Virus record (IMG/VR): IMGVR_UViG_3300032330_001059
Coordinates: 1 to 24,574 of that record
Origin: a virus
Lineage: Duplodnaviria > Caudoviricetes
Length of the DNA stretch: 24,574 nucleotides
Strand: one strand, 5' to 3'
Part shown: piece after piece, positions 6,303 through 13,405 of the stretch
How positions within the stretch are numbered: the first letter of the stretch is position 1
Layout: the number at the start of each line of letters is the position of its first letter
The notes under the pieces: model-generated
What the model was told of the DNA's origin: nothing
Database searches by the model: none
Seen by the model: the letters and a program-made list of their open reading frames with translations, nothing else
Position numbers and translations under genes: made by a program

Positions 6303-7360
6303 ATTAACTCCAATGACTGCTGTGCAGTGCGGATGTTCTGCAATTCCATGTAGGCAGGGTTCAACTCACAGCCAATGTATTGCCGCCCAAGGTTCTGCGC
6401 CACTTGTGCCGTTGTGCCACTTCCCATGAATGGGTCAAGCACAATGCCTCCAATAGGTGCGCCAGCAAGGATGCATGGTTCAATTAGTTCTGATGGAAAT
6501 ACTGCGAAATGTGCGCCAGCGTAAGGTTTAACTGGAACTAACCAGACGCTTCGTTTGTTTCTGTCTTCTCTAGGAATATACATACGTCCTTCATCGTTTC
6601 TTAAAGTTGCAGAAGCATCGCCATCTCTAAATTTTCTTGGTTTGCCCATGCTTTCAACAGGTTCTTTTAATGCATCAATGTCGTAATAATATTTTTGTGA
6701 CTTGCTTAATAAAAAAATGTACTCATGCGCCTTAGTGCATCGGTCTTGCACACTCTCAGGCATAGGATTAGGCTTGTGCCAAATAATGTCTTGGCGCAGA
6801 TACCAACCATCAGCCCTTAGTGCAAACGCCAGCATCCAAGGAATGCCGATAAGGTCTTTGGTCTTTAATCCTGCCTCATGCAACTTGTCTAGATTGCGGT
6901 CATTTGCTGGCATATTGTTTCTGCCTTCACGCTGATATTCGGGGCTTGCTCGAGCAAATCCATTGCTGTTGCAATAGCTGTCCCCAATGTTTAACCACAG
7001 TGTCCCATCGTCCTCCAGCACATCCCACACACAGCGGAACACCTCAACCATAGCTTGTATGTATTCTTCGGGGCTTTCCTCTAGTCCTAGTTGGTTGTCA
7101 ACACGGGTAGAACCACACTTCTTACAAACATCTTTGTATTGTTTTTTATAACCTTCTTGGTTTCTGTCAGCTCGTTGACCACCATGTTTATTTTCACTTT
7201 CAACATGGTCACAGGTAATATCACCACCCTCCCACTTTGCTGTGCCGTAGTCTCTAAGCCCATAATAAGGGGGGCTAGTCACGCAAGTCTGTGCTTTGAT
7301 ACCTTGCTCTTTCCATCTCCGCATGGTTTCCCTGCAATCACCAAATTCAATTTTGTTCAT
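6299..7360 (-). CDS. Orphan DNA amino-methyltransferase (N4C/N6A, beta class) with Cys-rich insertion
   Basis: Catalytic TSPPYY near the N-terminus, SAM-binding VLDPFMGSGTT near the C-terminus, and a CDH...CKKCG insert. Confidence 0.93.
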   Translation of the reverse strand: MNKIEFGDCRETMRRWKEQGIKAQTCVTSPPYYGLRDYGTAKWEGGDITCDHVESENKHGGQRADRNQEGYKKQYKDVCKKCGSTRVDNQLGLEESPEEYIQAMVEVFRCVWDVLEDDGTLWLNIGDSYCNSNGFARASPEYQREGRNNMPANDRNLDKLHEAGLKTKDLIGIPWMLAFALRADGWYLRQDIIWHKPNPMPESVQDRCTKAHEYIFLLSKSQKYYYDIDALKEPVESMGKPRKFRDGDASATLRNDEGRMYIPREDRNKRSVWLVPVKPYAGAHFAVFPSELIEPCILAGAPIGGIVLDPFMGSGTTAQVAQNLGRQYIGCELNPAYMELQNIRTAQQSLELI

Positions 7361-7707
7361 TGCCGCCTTAATTGAGCCAAACGCTCTTTGATGTGATCGG
7401 GCATTGGAGAGGCTTTGGCAATGTCTGCCTTGATCTTGGCTAGGGCAGGGTCTACAAGCGGTTTAAACGCCATTTCAGGCACTTCTGCGCCATCCCAGCG
7501 TTGTTGGTTCAGATAGACCAATGGAGCAGGGATAAACGCCCCATTTGCCTTTAGCCATTGCTCTGTGGTCTTCATCCAGGCTAGGTGCTTGATTATCTGG
7601 TCTGCTTGGGTATCGCAGTAGGACTTATCCCAAACCTTCTTGCAAGCCGATTTAGCACCTTTTCTGGGACTACTAGGCCATGCCTTCCAAAAGTCTTCAA
7701 ACATCAT
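7357..7707 (-). CDS. Replication-initiator C-terminal-domain-like protein (stand-alone)
   Basis: MFEDFWKAWPSSPRKGAKSACKKVW...FIPAPLVYLNQQRW resembles the FxxFWxxYPxK...PxxxxWLNxxRW domain at the C-terminus of phage replication/replisome-organizer proteins. Confidence 0.7.
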   Translation of the reverse strand: MMFEDFWKAWPSSPRKGAKSACKKVWDKSYCDTQADQIIKHLAWMKTTEQWLKANGAFIPAPLVYLNQQRWDGAEVPEMAFKPLVDPALAKIKADIAKASPMPDHIKERLAQLRRQ

Positions 7708-7937
7708 TTGCCCCCACTCATCATGTATTCTTTAAAGTCTTCATAATAATCCCCACGTTCCATCAGTCTTATCAAGACATGATTATTGCCAACAGTGTGG
7801 TGATCCTCAATGAACTCTGCATATCGGTCTTCCAACTCGTATGTGTTCATTTTGTCCTCAAACTCTTGTTCAGACATAGGTTCTCCAAGGGTGGATAGAC
7901 TGAGTATCCTTCCCTCTCCAGACTTGTCAGTGTTCAT
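7704..7937 (-). CDS. Hypothetical acidic protein
   Basis: 77 aa, AGGAG SD, ATGA coupling to the next gene; second possible start at 7877 with its own GGAG. Confidence 0.75.
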   Translation of the reverse strand: MNTDKSGEGRILSLSTLGEPMSEQEFEDKMNTYELEDRYAEFIEDHHTVGNNHVLIRLMERGDYYEDFKEYMMSGGK

Positions 7938-7944
7938 TATTGAC

Positions 7945-8270
7945 TCCTATTAAGATTGAAAAACTAAAAAAGCCCCAAGTGCGCTTGACGGGTTTGTTCG
8001 CTTATACATCTGGCCTTGTTTTCCACCGTGTACCAGATGCTTCAACAGTCGCCAAACCAACGCTGTTCGCCTTTTGCCCTTGGGTGTGTAGGGTGCGGTG
8101 TTTTCTTCCAAGCCGTCCATGCAAACGCTCTGCTATCGTGTGGAGTACGATCAAGAACGCAAAAGGCCACTTACTACTGCGTTCCAGTGCTGACCCACTG
8201 TCCCTTTCGGGGTGAACGCATGAGTAAATGGCCTCATGTTTCGTCTATGCGGGTCAGCGCTTTTGACGAA
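7945..8270 (-). ncRNA. Putative structured leader/ncRNA B with kissing loops
   Basis: Hairpin TTCGTC/GACGAA presenting loop CTGACC. Three-way junction AGGCCATTTACT/AGTAAGTGGCCT, TGCGTTC/GAACGCA, CCC-GAAA-GGG, CAGTG-GGTCAG-CACTG. A further multi-stem domain spans 7981-8151. G-U pairs and the GNRA loop favour the minus strand. Confidence 0.7.
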
Positions 8271-8273
8271 CGA

Positions 8274-8318
8274 AATATACACCATAAAAAAACAGGTTGT
8301 CAAGTAGGGGTTTTCCTG
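8274..8318 (-). promoter_or_regulatory. sigma70 promoter for ncRNA B/replication module with upstream box
   Basis: TTGACA (8303-8298), 18 nt spacer, TATATT (8279-8274). CAGGAAAACCCCTA box abuts the -35. Confidence 0.7.
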
Positions 8319-8671
8319 GGTACAAAAGAATCTCCAAATCTGCTAGGAAGTTGTAAGAAGTCGTAACATCCACGGCGAAAGACTGACATTCTCAGTTCTT
8401 TGCCATCATACTTTTCTGTGGTTGACCCATTTTCAATTCTCATGGCTGCACCACTGATGGCCCTGTTCATCTCCATGCGCCCGTACTCAGTCAGATGCCA
8501 CTTTTCTTGATGGTTGATGACATAGCCAAACCTCTCCAGTTCAGGCAGGTATCTTTGATAGTGAAACGATACAGAGTTGTTGTCTGTATGGCTGTGGGTC
8601 ATCTCAAGCATTGTCCTTGGGCCACTTGATAGGCGCTTGAGCAGTGTTCGATGGGTGAGGTTTAAACGCAT
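8300..8671 (-). CDS. Winged-helix-like DNA-binding protein (putative regulator)
   Basis: LLKRLSSGPRTMLEM...YLPELERFGYVINHQEKWHLTEYG wHTH wing pattern; GGAG SD. Confidence 0.65.
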   Translation of the reverse strand: MRLNLTHRTLLKRLSSGPRTMLEMTHSHTDNNSVSFHYQRYLPELERFGYVINHQEKWHLTEYGRMEMNRAISGAAMRIENGSTTEKYDGKELRMSVFRRGCYDFLQLPSRFGDSFVPRKTPT

Positions 8672-8721
8672 TTGCTTGTCTCCAAAAACCTCAGTATGAT
8701 GGTATTTATAGTTTTATGCAC

Positions 8722-8736
8722 TAGGGAAAACACCTA
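8722..8736. promoter_or_regulatory. TAGGGAAAACACCTA box in the divergent intergenic region
   Basis: Identical 15-mer at 9585-9599; variant at 10877-10891. Confidence 0.75.
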
Positions 8737-8805
8737 TTCCCTGCATCTTTTTTCTGTGCGAAAGTCCTATCACTGCTATTTGGCAGTGGTCAACAGGAGT
8801 TACAA

Positions 8806-9156
8806 ATGCCAACCGATGAAGAAAGATTTAAATACGAGTGCTGGGCGATTGTCCAGGAGTTAGACCCAGATGATATTGCTGATGCAATCCAAGACAGCGT
8901 TGCCCTGGTGGAAGCCATCAAAGCAAACCATGCAGAAGATGTTGCAAGCATCGTGATGAACAGAGTAGAACTCAAGGTGCGGCGCAGGGCTGAGTTGCGA
9001 GTGTTTGATGTTGTCAAGACCCCTTGGATTGATGACATTGAAGAACTGCAAGCCTACAGGAATCTACGCATTGAGCGAGTGCAAAAGGCACTTGAAGAGC
9101 GCAAGATTCTGGAAGCTAAAATGGATGGCCCTTTTCAACAAATGTTTGATGAGTGA
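8806..9156 (+). CDS. Hypothetical protein
   Basis: 116 aa, CAGGAG SD, first gene of the rightward operon. Confidence 0.85.
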   Translation: MPTDEERFKYECWAIVQELDPDDIADAIQDSVALVEAIKANHAEDVASIVMNRVELKVRRRAELRVFDVVKTPWIDDIEELQAYRNLRIERVQKALEERKILEAKMDGPFQQMFDE

Positions 9157-9163
9157 GGATGAT

Positions 9164-9349
9164 ATGAAGATGAAGTCTAGACTACAAGAAATCATTGGAG
9201 ACAATTCAGATGAAACATTTGATGACTGCGATCAAACGAGTCCTATCCTATTTCGAGATTGTGACCTTGCAACCCAGCTTGCCTATCTTGCTGAGAGACA
9301 AAACACCAGCAAAGATGACCCTGCCAACCCTGGCAATCACAGACCCTAA
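9164..9349 (+). CDS. Hypothetical protein (overlapping)
   Basis: ATG 9164 with GAGGA SD; MKMKSRLQEIIGDNSDETF... Confidence 0.45.
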   Translation: MKMKSRLQEIIGDNSDETFDDCDQTSPILFRDCDLATQLAYLAERQNTSKDDPANPGNHRP

Positions 9350-9515
9350 ATTTGTCTATAAGAATGCTTCTTGCACAGACATAACTCACACATTTCAAAA
9401 GGCTAAAGATGAGCGACTTCAACGATTACGCAACGATGCTGATAGCAATCGAGCAAAAGACCAAAGCATTGGAGAACAAGTGTCTAAACAAAAACTACGC
9501 AGGGTTCACGGCTGA
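9210..9515 (+). CDS. Hypothetical protein
   Basis: ATG 9210 with GGAG SD; MKHLMTAIKRVLSYF...ITDPKFVYKNASCTDITHTFQKA. Confidence 0.6.
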   Translation: MKHLMTAIKRVLSYFEIVTLQPSLPILLRDKTPAKMTLPTLAITDPKFVYKNASCTDITHTFQKAKDERLQRLRNDADSNRAKDQSIGEQVSKQKLRRVHG

Positions 9516-9621
9516 CATTCAAACAATTCAAAGCCAACTGACTTTGCTGACAATGTGGATCACACAAGCACAAGGAGAGCAAATTAGGGAAAACACCTAT
9601 AGAATTCTCAACAAAGTCTGA
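9409..9621 (+). CDS. Hypothetical helical protein
   Basis: 70 aa, AAAGG SD, two amphipathic helices. Confidence 0.65.
   Translation: MSDFNDYATMLIAIEQKTKALENKCLNKNYAGFTADIQTIQSQLTLLTMWITQAQGEQIRENTYRILNKV
9585..9599. promoter_or_regulatory. TAGGGAAAACACCTA box upstream of the ERF gene
   Basis: Exact copy of 8722-8736. Confidence 0.75.
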
Positions 9622-9652
9622 CAAAATTAAATCTCACTAACAGGAGTTACGA

Positions 9653-10264
9653 ATGAATGTATATCAAAAACTGAACGAGGCCCGTGAGCAATTTCATAAG
9701 GCCAAACTCAAGAAATCAGGTCACAACAAGTTTGCAAATTACTACTATTTTGAACTTGGTGACTTTGTAATCCCAGCGCTAGAAATCTTCAAGCAAATTG
9801 GTTTGACCTCAATCATCAGCTTTGGCAAAGAAGAAGCCAGCATGACGATTGTGAACAACGACAAGCCAGAAGAAAAGATCGTTCTCACAAGTCCAATGTC
9901 TTCAGCAGCCTTAAAGGGTTGCCATGAAGTGCAGAACCTGGGCGCTGTTCAGACCTACCTGCGCCGCTATCTTTGGGTGGCTGCCCTTGAGATTGTTGAG
10001 CATGATGCCTTGGATGGCACTGTTGGCTCAGACAAGAAGACCATCAAGCCCACTGATGGAGTCATTGTCTCCAAGGATAGGCAACACATCATTGCAGATG
10101 TTGCGATTGCCATTGCTGACAGAATCAATGCAGATGACATGATTGGGGCTTATGAGGAATACCTGGGAATCCATGACCAGGAGGAAAAGGTGGCGTTATG
10201 GGCATTGCTTCCAAGCAATGTTCGTAGTGCTTTGAAGAAACATGGCGAATCTTTGAAAGGCTAA
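9653..10264 (+). CDS. erf: ERF-family ssDNA-annealing recombinase
   Basis: MNVYQKL...KKSGHNKFANYYYFELGDF...QNLGAVQTYLRRYLWVAALEI ERF signature; CAGGAG SD. Confidence 0.85.
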   Translation: MNVYQKLNEAREQFHKAKLKKSGHNKFANYYYFELGDFVIPALEIFKQIGLTSIISFGKEEASMTIVNNDKPEEKIVLTSPMSSAALKGCHEVQNLGAVQTYLRRYLWVAALEIVEHDALDGTVGSDKKTIKPTDGVIVSKDRQHIIADVAIAIADRINADDMIGAYEEYLGIHDQEEKVALWALLPSNVRSALKKHGESLKG

Positions 10265-10265
10265 T

Positions 10266-10502
10266 ATGGAAAAGAAAGACAACTCTGGCGTTTTGTTTAA
10301 GAACGACAAAAAGGAATCAGCTAACCAGCCCGACTACAAAGGCAACATCACTGTTGATGGTCAAGAGTATTGGCTCTCAGCATGGATCAAAGAGGGCAAG
10401 AGTGGCAAGTTCATGGGCTTGGCAGTCAATCCCAAGGATGGACAACCTCCAGCAGCTAATCCTAAAAAGATAGTTTATGCGGATGACGATATTCCCTTTT
10501 GA
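10266..10502 (+). CDS. Small ssDNA-binding protein
   Basis: NSGVLFKN...QPDYKG...YWLSAW core with an acidic SSB-type tail DDDIPF; adjacent to ERF. Confidence 0.8.
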   Translation: MEKKDNSGVLFKNDKKESANQPDYKGNITVDGQEYWLSAWIKEGKSGKFMGLAVNPKDGQPPAANPKKIVYADDDIPF

Positions 10503-10512
10503 TAAACCTCAC

Positions 10513-10526
10513 GGGGCTACGGCCCC
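10513..10526 (+). other. Stable UACG-tetraloop hairpin in an intergenic spacer
   Basis: GGGGC-TACG-GCCCC without a long U tract; pause site, stabiliser or weak terminator. Confidence 0.55.
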
Positions 10527-10542
10527 AATTTAATAGGAGTTA

Positions 10543-10884
10543 ATGATGACAAAATTAGACAAAATTTGGTTTGGTGGTGCAGTCGAGAAGTTCTTTGGAA
10601 CTGCGCCGTTTAAACTTGCTCGCAAAGAAGACCCTGCCACTTCCCACATGGCAGCACAGGCAATCGACACCACTAAGATGGAGTCACTGGTCTTTGAAAC
10701 CATTGCGGCCTTTGGCCCAGATGGTTGCATCTCAGACGATGTACTTGCCAAACTACCATTCCTGCCCTATTCCAGCGTCACAGCCCGATACAAGGCGCTG
10801 ATTGACAAGGGCTTCATTGAGGTCATTGGAACCCGTAAAGGCGTTTCTGGGCGGCTCCAAAGGGTTATGCGTAAGCTAGGGTAA
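10543..10884 (+). CDS. Winged-helix DNA-binding protein (putative)
   Basis: ARKEDPATSHMAA...YSSVTARYKALIDKGFIEVIGTRKGVSGRLQRV; AGGAG SD. Confidence 0.75.
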   Translation: MMTKLDKIWFGGAVEKFFGTAPFKLARKEDPATSHMAAQAIDTTKMESLVFETIAAFGPDGCISDDVLAKLPFLPYSSVTARYKALIDKGFIEVIGTRKGVSGRLQRVMRKLG

Positions 10885-10919
10885 ATCCCTATTTCAATCT
10901 CTGTCAGACAAGGCAGAAT
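10877..10919 (+). promoter_or_regulatory. TAGGGTAAATCCCTA box followed by a weak promoter
   Basis: Box 10877-10891, TGTCAGACA near 10902-10910, and CAGAAT (10914-10919) 6 nt before an ATG. Confidence 0.55.
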
Positions 10920-10925
10920 TGGCGC

Positions 10926-11102
10926 ATGAACCAACAACAAACAACCCGTTTAAATGCTTTCTGGCAGGATGTAGAAGCTCACAAGGCTCTCAATCCATCC
11001 CTGCCAGAGAGTGCCCTTGTAATCCTTAAATCTGTGGCCTTGGATGCCCTCCTTGCCGCACAAGACATTGAACAGATAGGAGTGAATGATGCAAACAATT
11101 GA
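10926..11102 (+). CDS. Hypothetical protein (58 aa), possibly leaderless
   Basis: MNQQQTTRLNAFWQDVEAHKALNPSLPESALVILKSVALDALLAAQDIEQIGVNDANN; fills the gap and overlaps the next start. Confidence 0.65.
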   Translation: MNQQQTTRLNAFWQDVEAHKALNPSLPESALVILKSVALDALLAAQDIEQIGVNDANN

Positions 11103-11349
11103 ATTTGTGCCTTTTGATTGGGTAGACGATGACTTCAATCCAGAGATTGACCGCATTGAGGTTGATTACCAATGGCATGAAGCAGATGATTCTGTTGGCT
11201 TAATCGCATACTGTGAGAAAACAGTAAAGTGGATGCGCTTTAACCTGGAAATCAAGGACATAACAGACGAGTTGTCCTATGCTGATTTGGCATATCTAAA
11301 GCATGAAATCAAGCGTAACGATCAGGAGATTGCAGATGAAAGAACCTGA
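11086..11349 (+). CDS. Hypothetical acidic protein
   Basis: 87 aa, AGGAG SD. Confidence 0.8.
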   Translation: MMQTIEFVPFDWVDDDFNPEIDRIEVDYQWHEADDSVGLIAYCEKTVKWMRFNLEIKDITDELSYADLAYLKHEIKRNDQEIADERT

Positions 11350-11584
11350 AGACGAGGCTTTCGAGGAGTTGGCCTTGAAGCAAGGGCAATGGAGCCATAC
11401 AAGTGGCTGGCGCAAGAAGCAGATTGCTCACATGGATGTTTACTCACATCCAGCAGAGTTTACTCACTTGCACCGCAATGATGTGATTGAAGAAGTTGCC
11501 CAACACATTGAGAAATGCAGCTTGGCATTTGGAAAAGATAGCATTCAATCGTTTGCTGTGTACATAAGGAATATGAAAAAATGA
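11336..11584 (+). CDS. Hypothetical protein
   Basis: MKEPEDEAFEEL...RNDVIEEVAQHIEK...SFAVYIRNMKK; AGGAG SD before 11336. Confidence 0.8.
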   Translation: MKEPEDEAFEELALKQGQWSHTSGWRKKQIAHMDVYSHPAEFTHLHRNDVIEEVAQHIEKCSLAFGKDSIQSFAVYIRNMKK

Positions 11585-11820
11585 CTGACAAAGAAGCAAT
11601 GAAGCTGGCGCTGAAGAAGGTAACGCTTGGAGAATACTTGCGCGGTTTACGGCTGTGTCAAACCGATATGTCATTGGAGAAAATGGCAGAAAAAATCGGT
11701 TGTGCAAAATCGTATTTGTCGGACGTTGAAAACGACAAAATAATGCCTACGCTTTCAAAGGCGGCAATCATGTCAAAGGCTTATAAAACAAGTCTAAATC
11801 AGATGGGGAAATATATATGA
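11581..11820 (+). CDS. XRE/Cro-type HTH transcriptional regulator
   Basis: LGEYLRGLR...MSLEKMAEKIGCAKSYLSDVENDKIMPTL, a classic HTH_3 pattern. Confidence 0.88.
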   Translation: MTDKEAMKLALKKVTLGEYLRGLRLCQTDMSLEKMAEKIGCAKSYLSDVENDKIMPTLSKAAIMSKAYKTSLNQMGKYI

Positions 11821-12425
11821 GCATAGAAGCAATGAAACAGGCGCTTGAGGCGTTGGAAAGCAAGTATCTTGTCGGATGTGGAGCATGGCGTGTTCAGCAA
11901 GATCAAGCCATCGCCGCCCTACGCCAAGCCATAGAGCAAGCAGAGAAGCAGAAACACGCTGAGCAATTAGCTGAAAAAGGCTGGCAGTATTTTGAGTGCC
12001 CAGCTTGTGGCTCTGAGGGGGCTAAAGCATTTCCAAAACAAGAGAAGCAAGAGCCTGTGGGGTGGTTTACTCAGGCACGCAACTTTGTGTCTTTACATGA
12101 ATTTACAAAAGAAGAAGCAAAACTTTATGGGTGGAATGCACTCTACCTTCACCCACCACAGCGCACAGAGCCTGATGACATTGCGTCCATCCTGGCCTGT
12201 CGAGATATGCTAGACGCACAACCAGTGCCGCCTCGCACATGGGTAGGCTTAGAGGGTGCAGAATTTGGATGGTTTTGTCATACAGATTTTCTTAATGCTA
12301 GAAAATACACTAAAGAGCAACGAAAGAAAATTTGTTGTCAACTTTTATCTGAGGCCCAATCTTGGGATATTAAACAATACCAACTAATGATGCACGACAG
12401 CACCAAACTCAAGGAGAACACATGA
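11817..12425 (+). CDS. Mosaic accessory protein (Eaa/Ead-like modular type)
   Basis: MSIEAMKQALEALE...AIAALRQAI, CPACG knuckle, QEPVGW, LYLHPPQRT and RTWVGL linker modules. Confidence 0.75.
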   Translation: MSIEAMKQALEALESKYLVGCGAWRVQQDQAIAALRQAIEQAEKQKHAEQLAEKGWQYFECPACGSEGAKAFPKQEKQEPVGWFTQARNFVSLHEFTKEEAKLYGWNALYLHPPQRTEPDDIASILACRDMLDAQPVPPRTWVGLEGAEFGWFCHTDFLNARKYTKEQRKKICCQLLSEAQSWDIKQYQLMMHDSTKLKENT

Positions 12426-12577
12426 AAGCACGACAAGTATTCCACGCACTAATGTTTAGTAAGGGCTATACAGAGGCTAATCTAGCCATGACAAAAACCA
12501 TGTACACCAATCAATCCATGCAAAGTAGATGGAACTATTTTCTAGCAGGATGGGAAATGAGGGGCGTTTGTGATTGA
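12422..12577 (+). CDS. Hypothetical protein (51 aa)
   Basis: MKARQVFHALMFSKGYTEANLAM...MQSRWNYFLAGWEMRGVCD; AAGGAG SD, ATGA coupling. Confidence 0.75.
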   Translation: MKARQVFHALMFSKGYTEANLAMTKTMYTNQSMQSRWNYFLAGWEMRGVCD

Positions 12578-12674
12578 GACAATCATCACAATCTTTGCCA
12601 TAGGCTTTCTAGGCATTGCGTTAGCCATTGGAGGCGTTTGCCTGATGGTTTGGATGGCACTTAATGAGGATTGA
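12570..12674 (+). CDS. Small membrane protein (34 aa)
   Basis: GTG start with GAGGGG SD; MIETIITIFAIGFLGIALAIGGVCLMVWMALNED. Confidence 0.65.
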   Translation: MIETIITIFAIGFLGIALAIGGVCLMVWMALNED

Positions 12675-12675
12675 A

Positions 12676-12879
12676 ATGCCAAGACCCAAAAGTGAGTTAA
12701 CCAGCGTTGCAAAGACTGTCAGCATAAGACTTATTCCTGCCCATTACGCTGAATGGAAACGGCTAGAAGGCACGAAATGGTTACGCCAACAGCTATCTCA
12801 AAGCATCAAGAGCCAAGAACCGCAAAAGCCTCATTTGTATGCTTTACGCGATCATCTAGGCCAATTGTTCCGCCGTTAA
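12676..12879 (+). CDS. Small DNA-binding protein, ribbon-helix-helix-like
   Basis: MPRPKSELT...TVSIRLIPAHYAEWKRLEGTKWLRQQL; GAGGA SD before 12676. Confidence 0.7.
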   Translation: MPRPKSELTSVAKTVSIRLIPAHYAEWKRLEGTKWLRQQLSQSIKSQEPQKPHLYALRDHLGQLFRR

Positions 12880-13405
12880 TCTTTTTGGTCAGTCCAACCC
12901 AATCAGCAGCTTCTGCAAGGTTGTTGCAGTTATGGGTTGACCAGAACCAACCAGCAGTCAGTGCCGCATATTTGGGCGTTGCCACAAGGTCAGGCTCCAT
13001 CACAAAGTCAACTCCCAAGGCTTGACCAGCATGGAAGTAGTTTGCATGGCCCGTCAACTGGATGCACCCACGGCCTCTGAACCGATACCCGTCACCAGAT
13101 GCTTCATCCCTGTTTCCCATACGACTGCTGTACACCTTGTTGGCAATCTTCTTGGGATTCCTAGCATATTGGTTGGCAATATCAAGGGTGGGAAACCTTG
13201 CTTTCCACAGCTTCATCAGGGTTTCAGCACGATAGTTAAGGTTTTCTTCCAGGGTCTTGAAGTGCCCACACTCATGTCCACATTGACCAATGAATGCCGC
13301 TTGCTGACGCTGTGTGTTAATGCCAAAAGTGTTGAAGGTTTCATTTAGGGCATCAACCCACTCAGCCCCAATGTGGAGTTTTTTCAGTTGCTCACTATTT
13401 ACCAT
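12806..13405 (-). CDS. Endolysin, glycoside hydrolase family 19
   Basis: AAFIGQCGHEC...LEENLNY, FRGRGCIQLTG, AGWFW and KINGG motifs. Confidence 0.93.
   Translation of the reverse strand: MVNSEQLKKLHIGAEWVDALNETFNTFGINTQRQQAAFIGQCGHECGHFKTLEENLNYRAETLMKLWKARFPTLDIANQYARNPKKIANKVYSSRMGNRDEASGDGYRFRGRGCIQLTGHANYFHAGQALGVDFVMEPDLVATPKYAALTAGWFWSTHNCNNLAEAADWVGLTKKINGGTIGLDDRVKHTNEAFAVLGS

Noticed and set aside
7940-8366. ORFs 7940..8215 and 8016..8366 (+)
   Set aside because: Antisense to the structured leader, Cys/Arg-rich shadow-like composition, weak starts.
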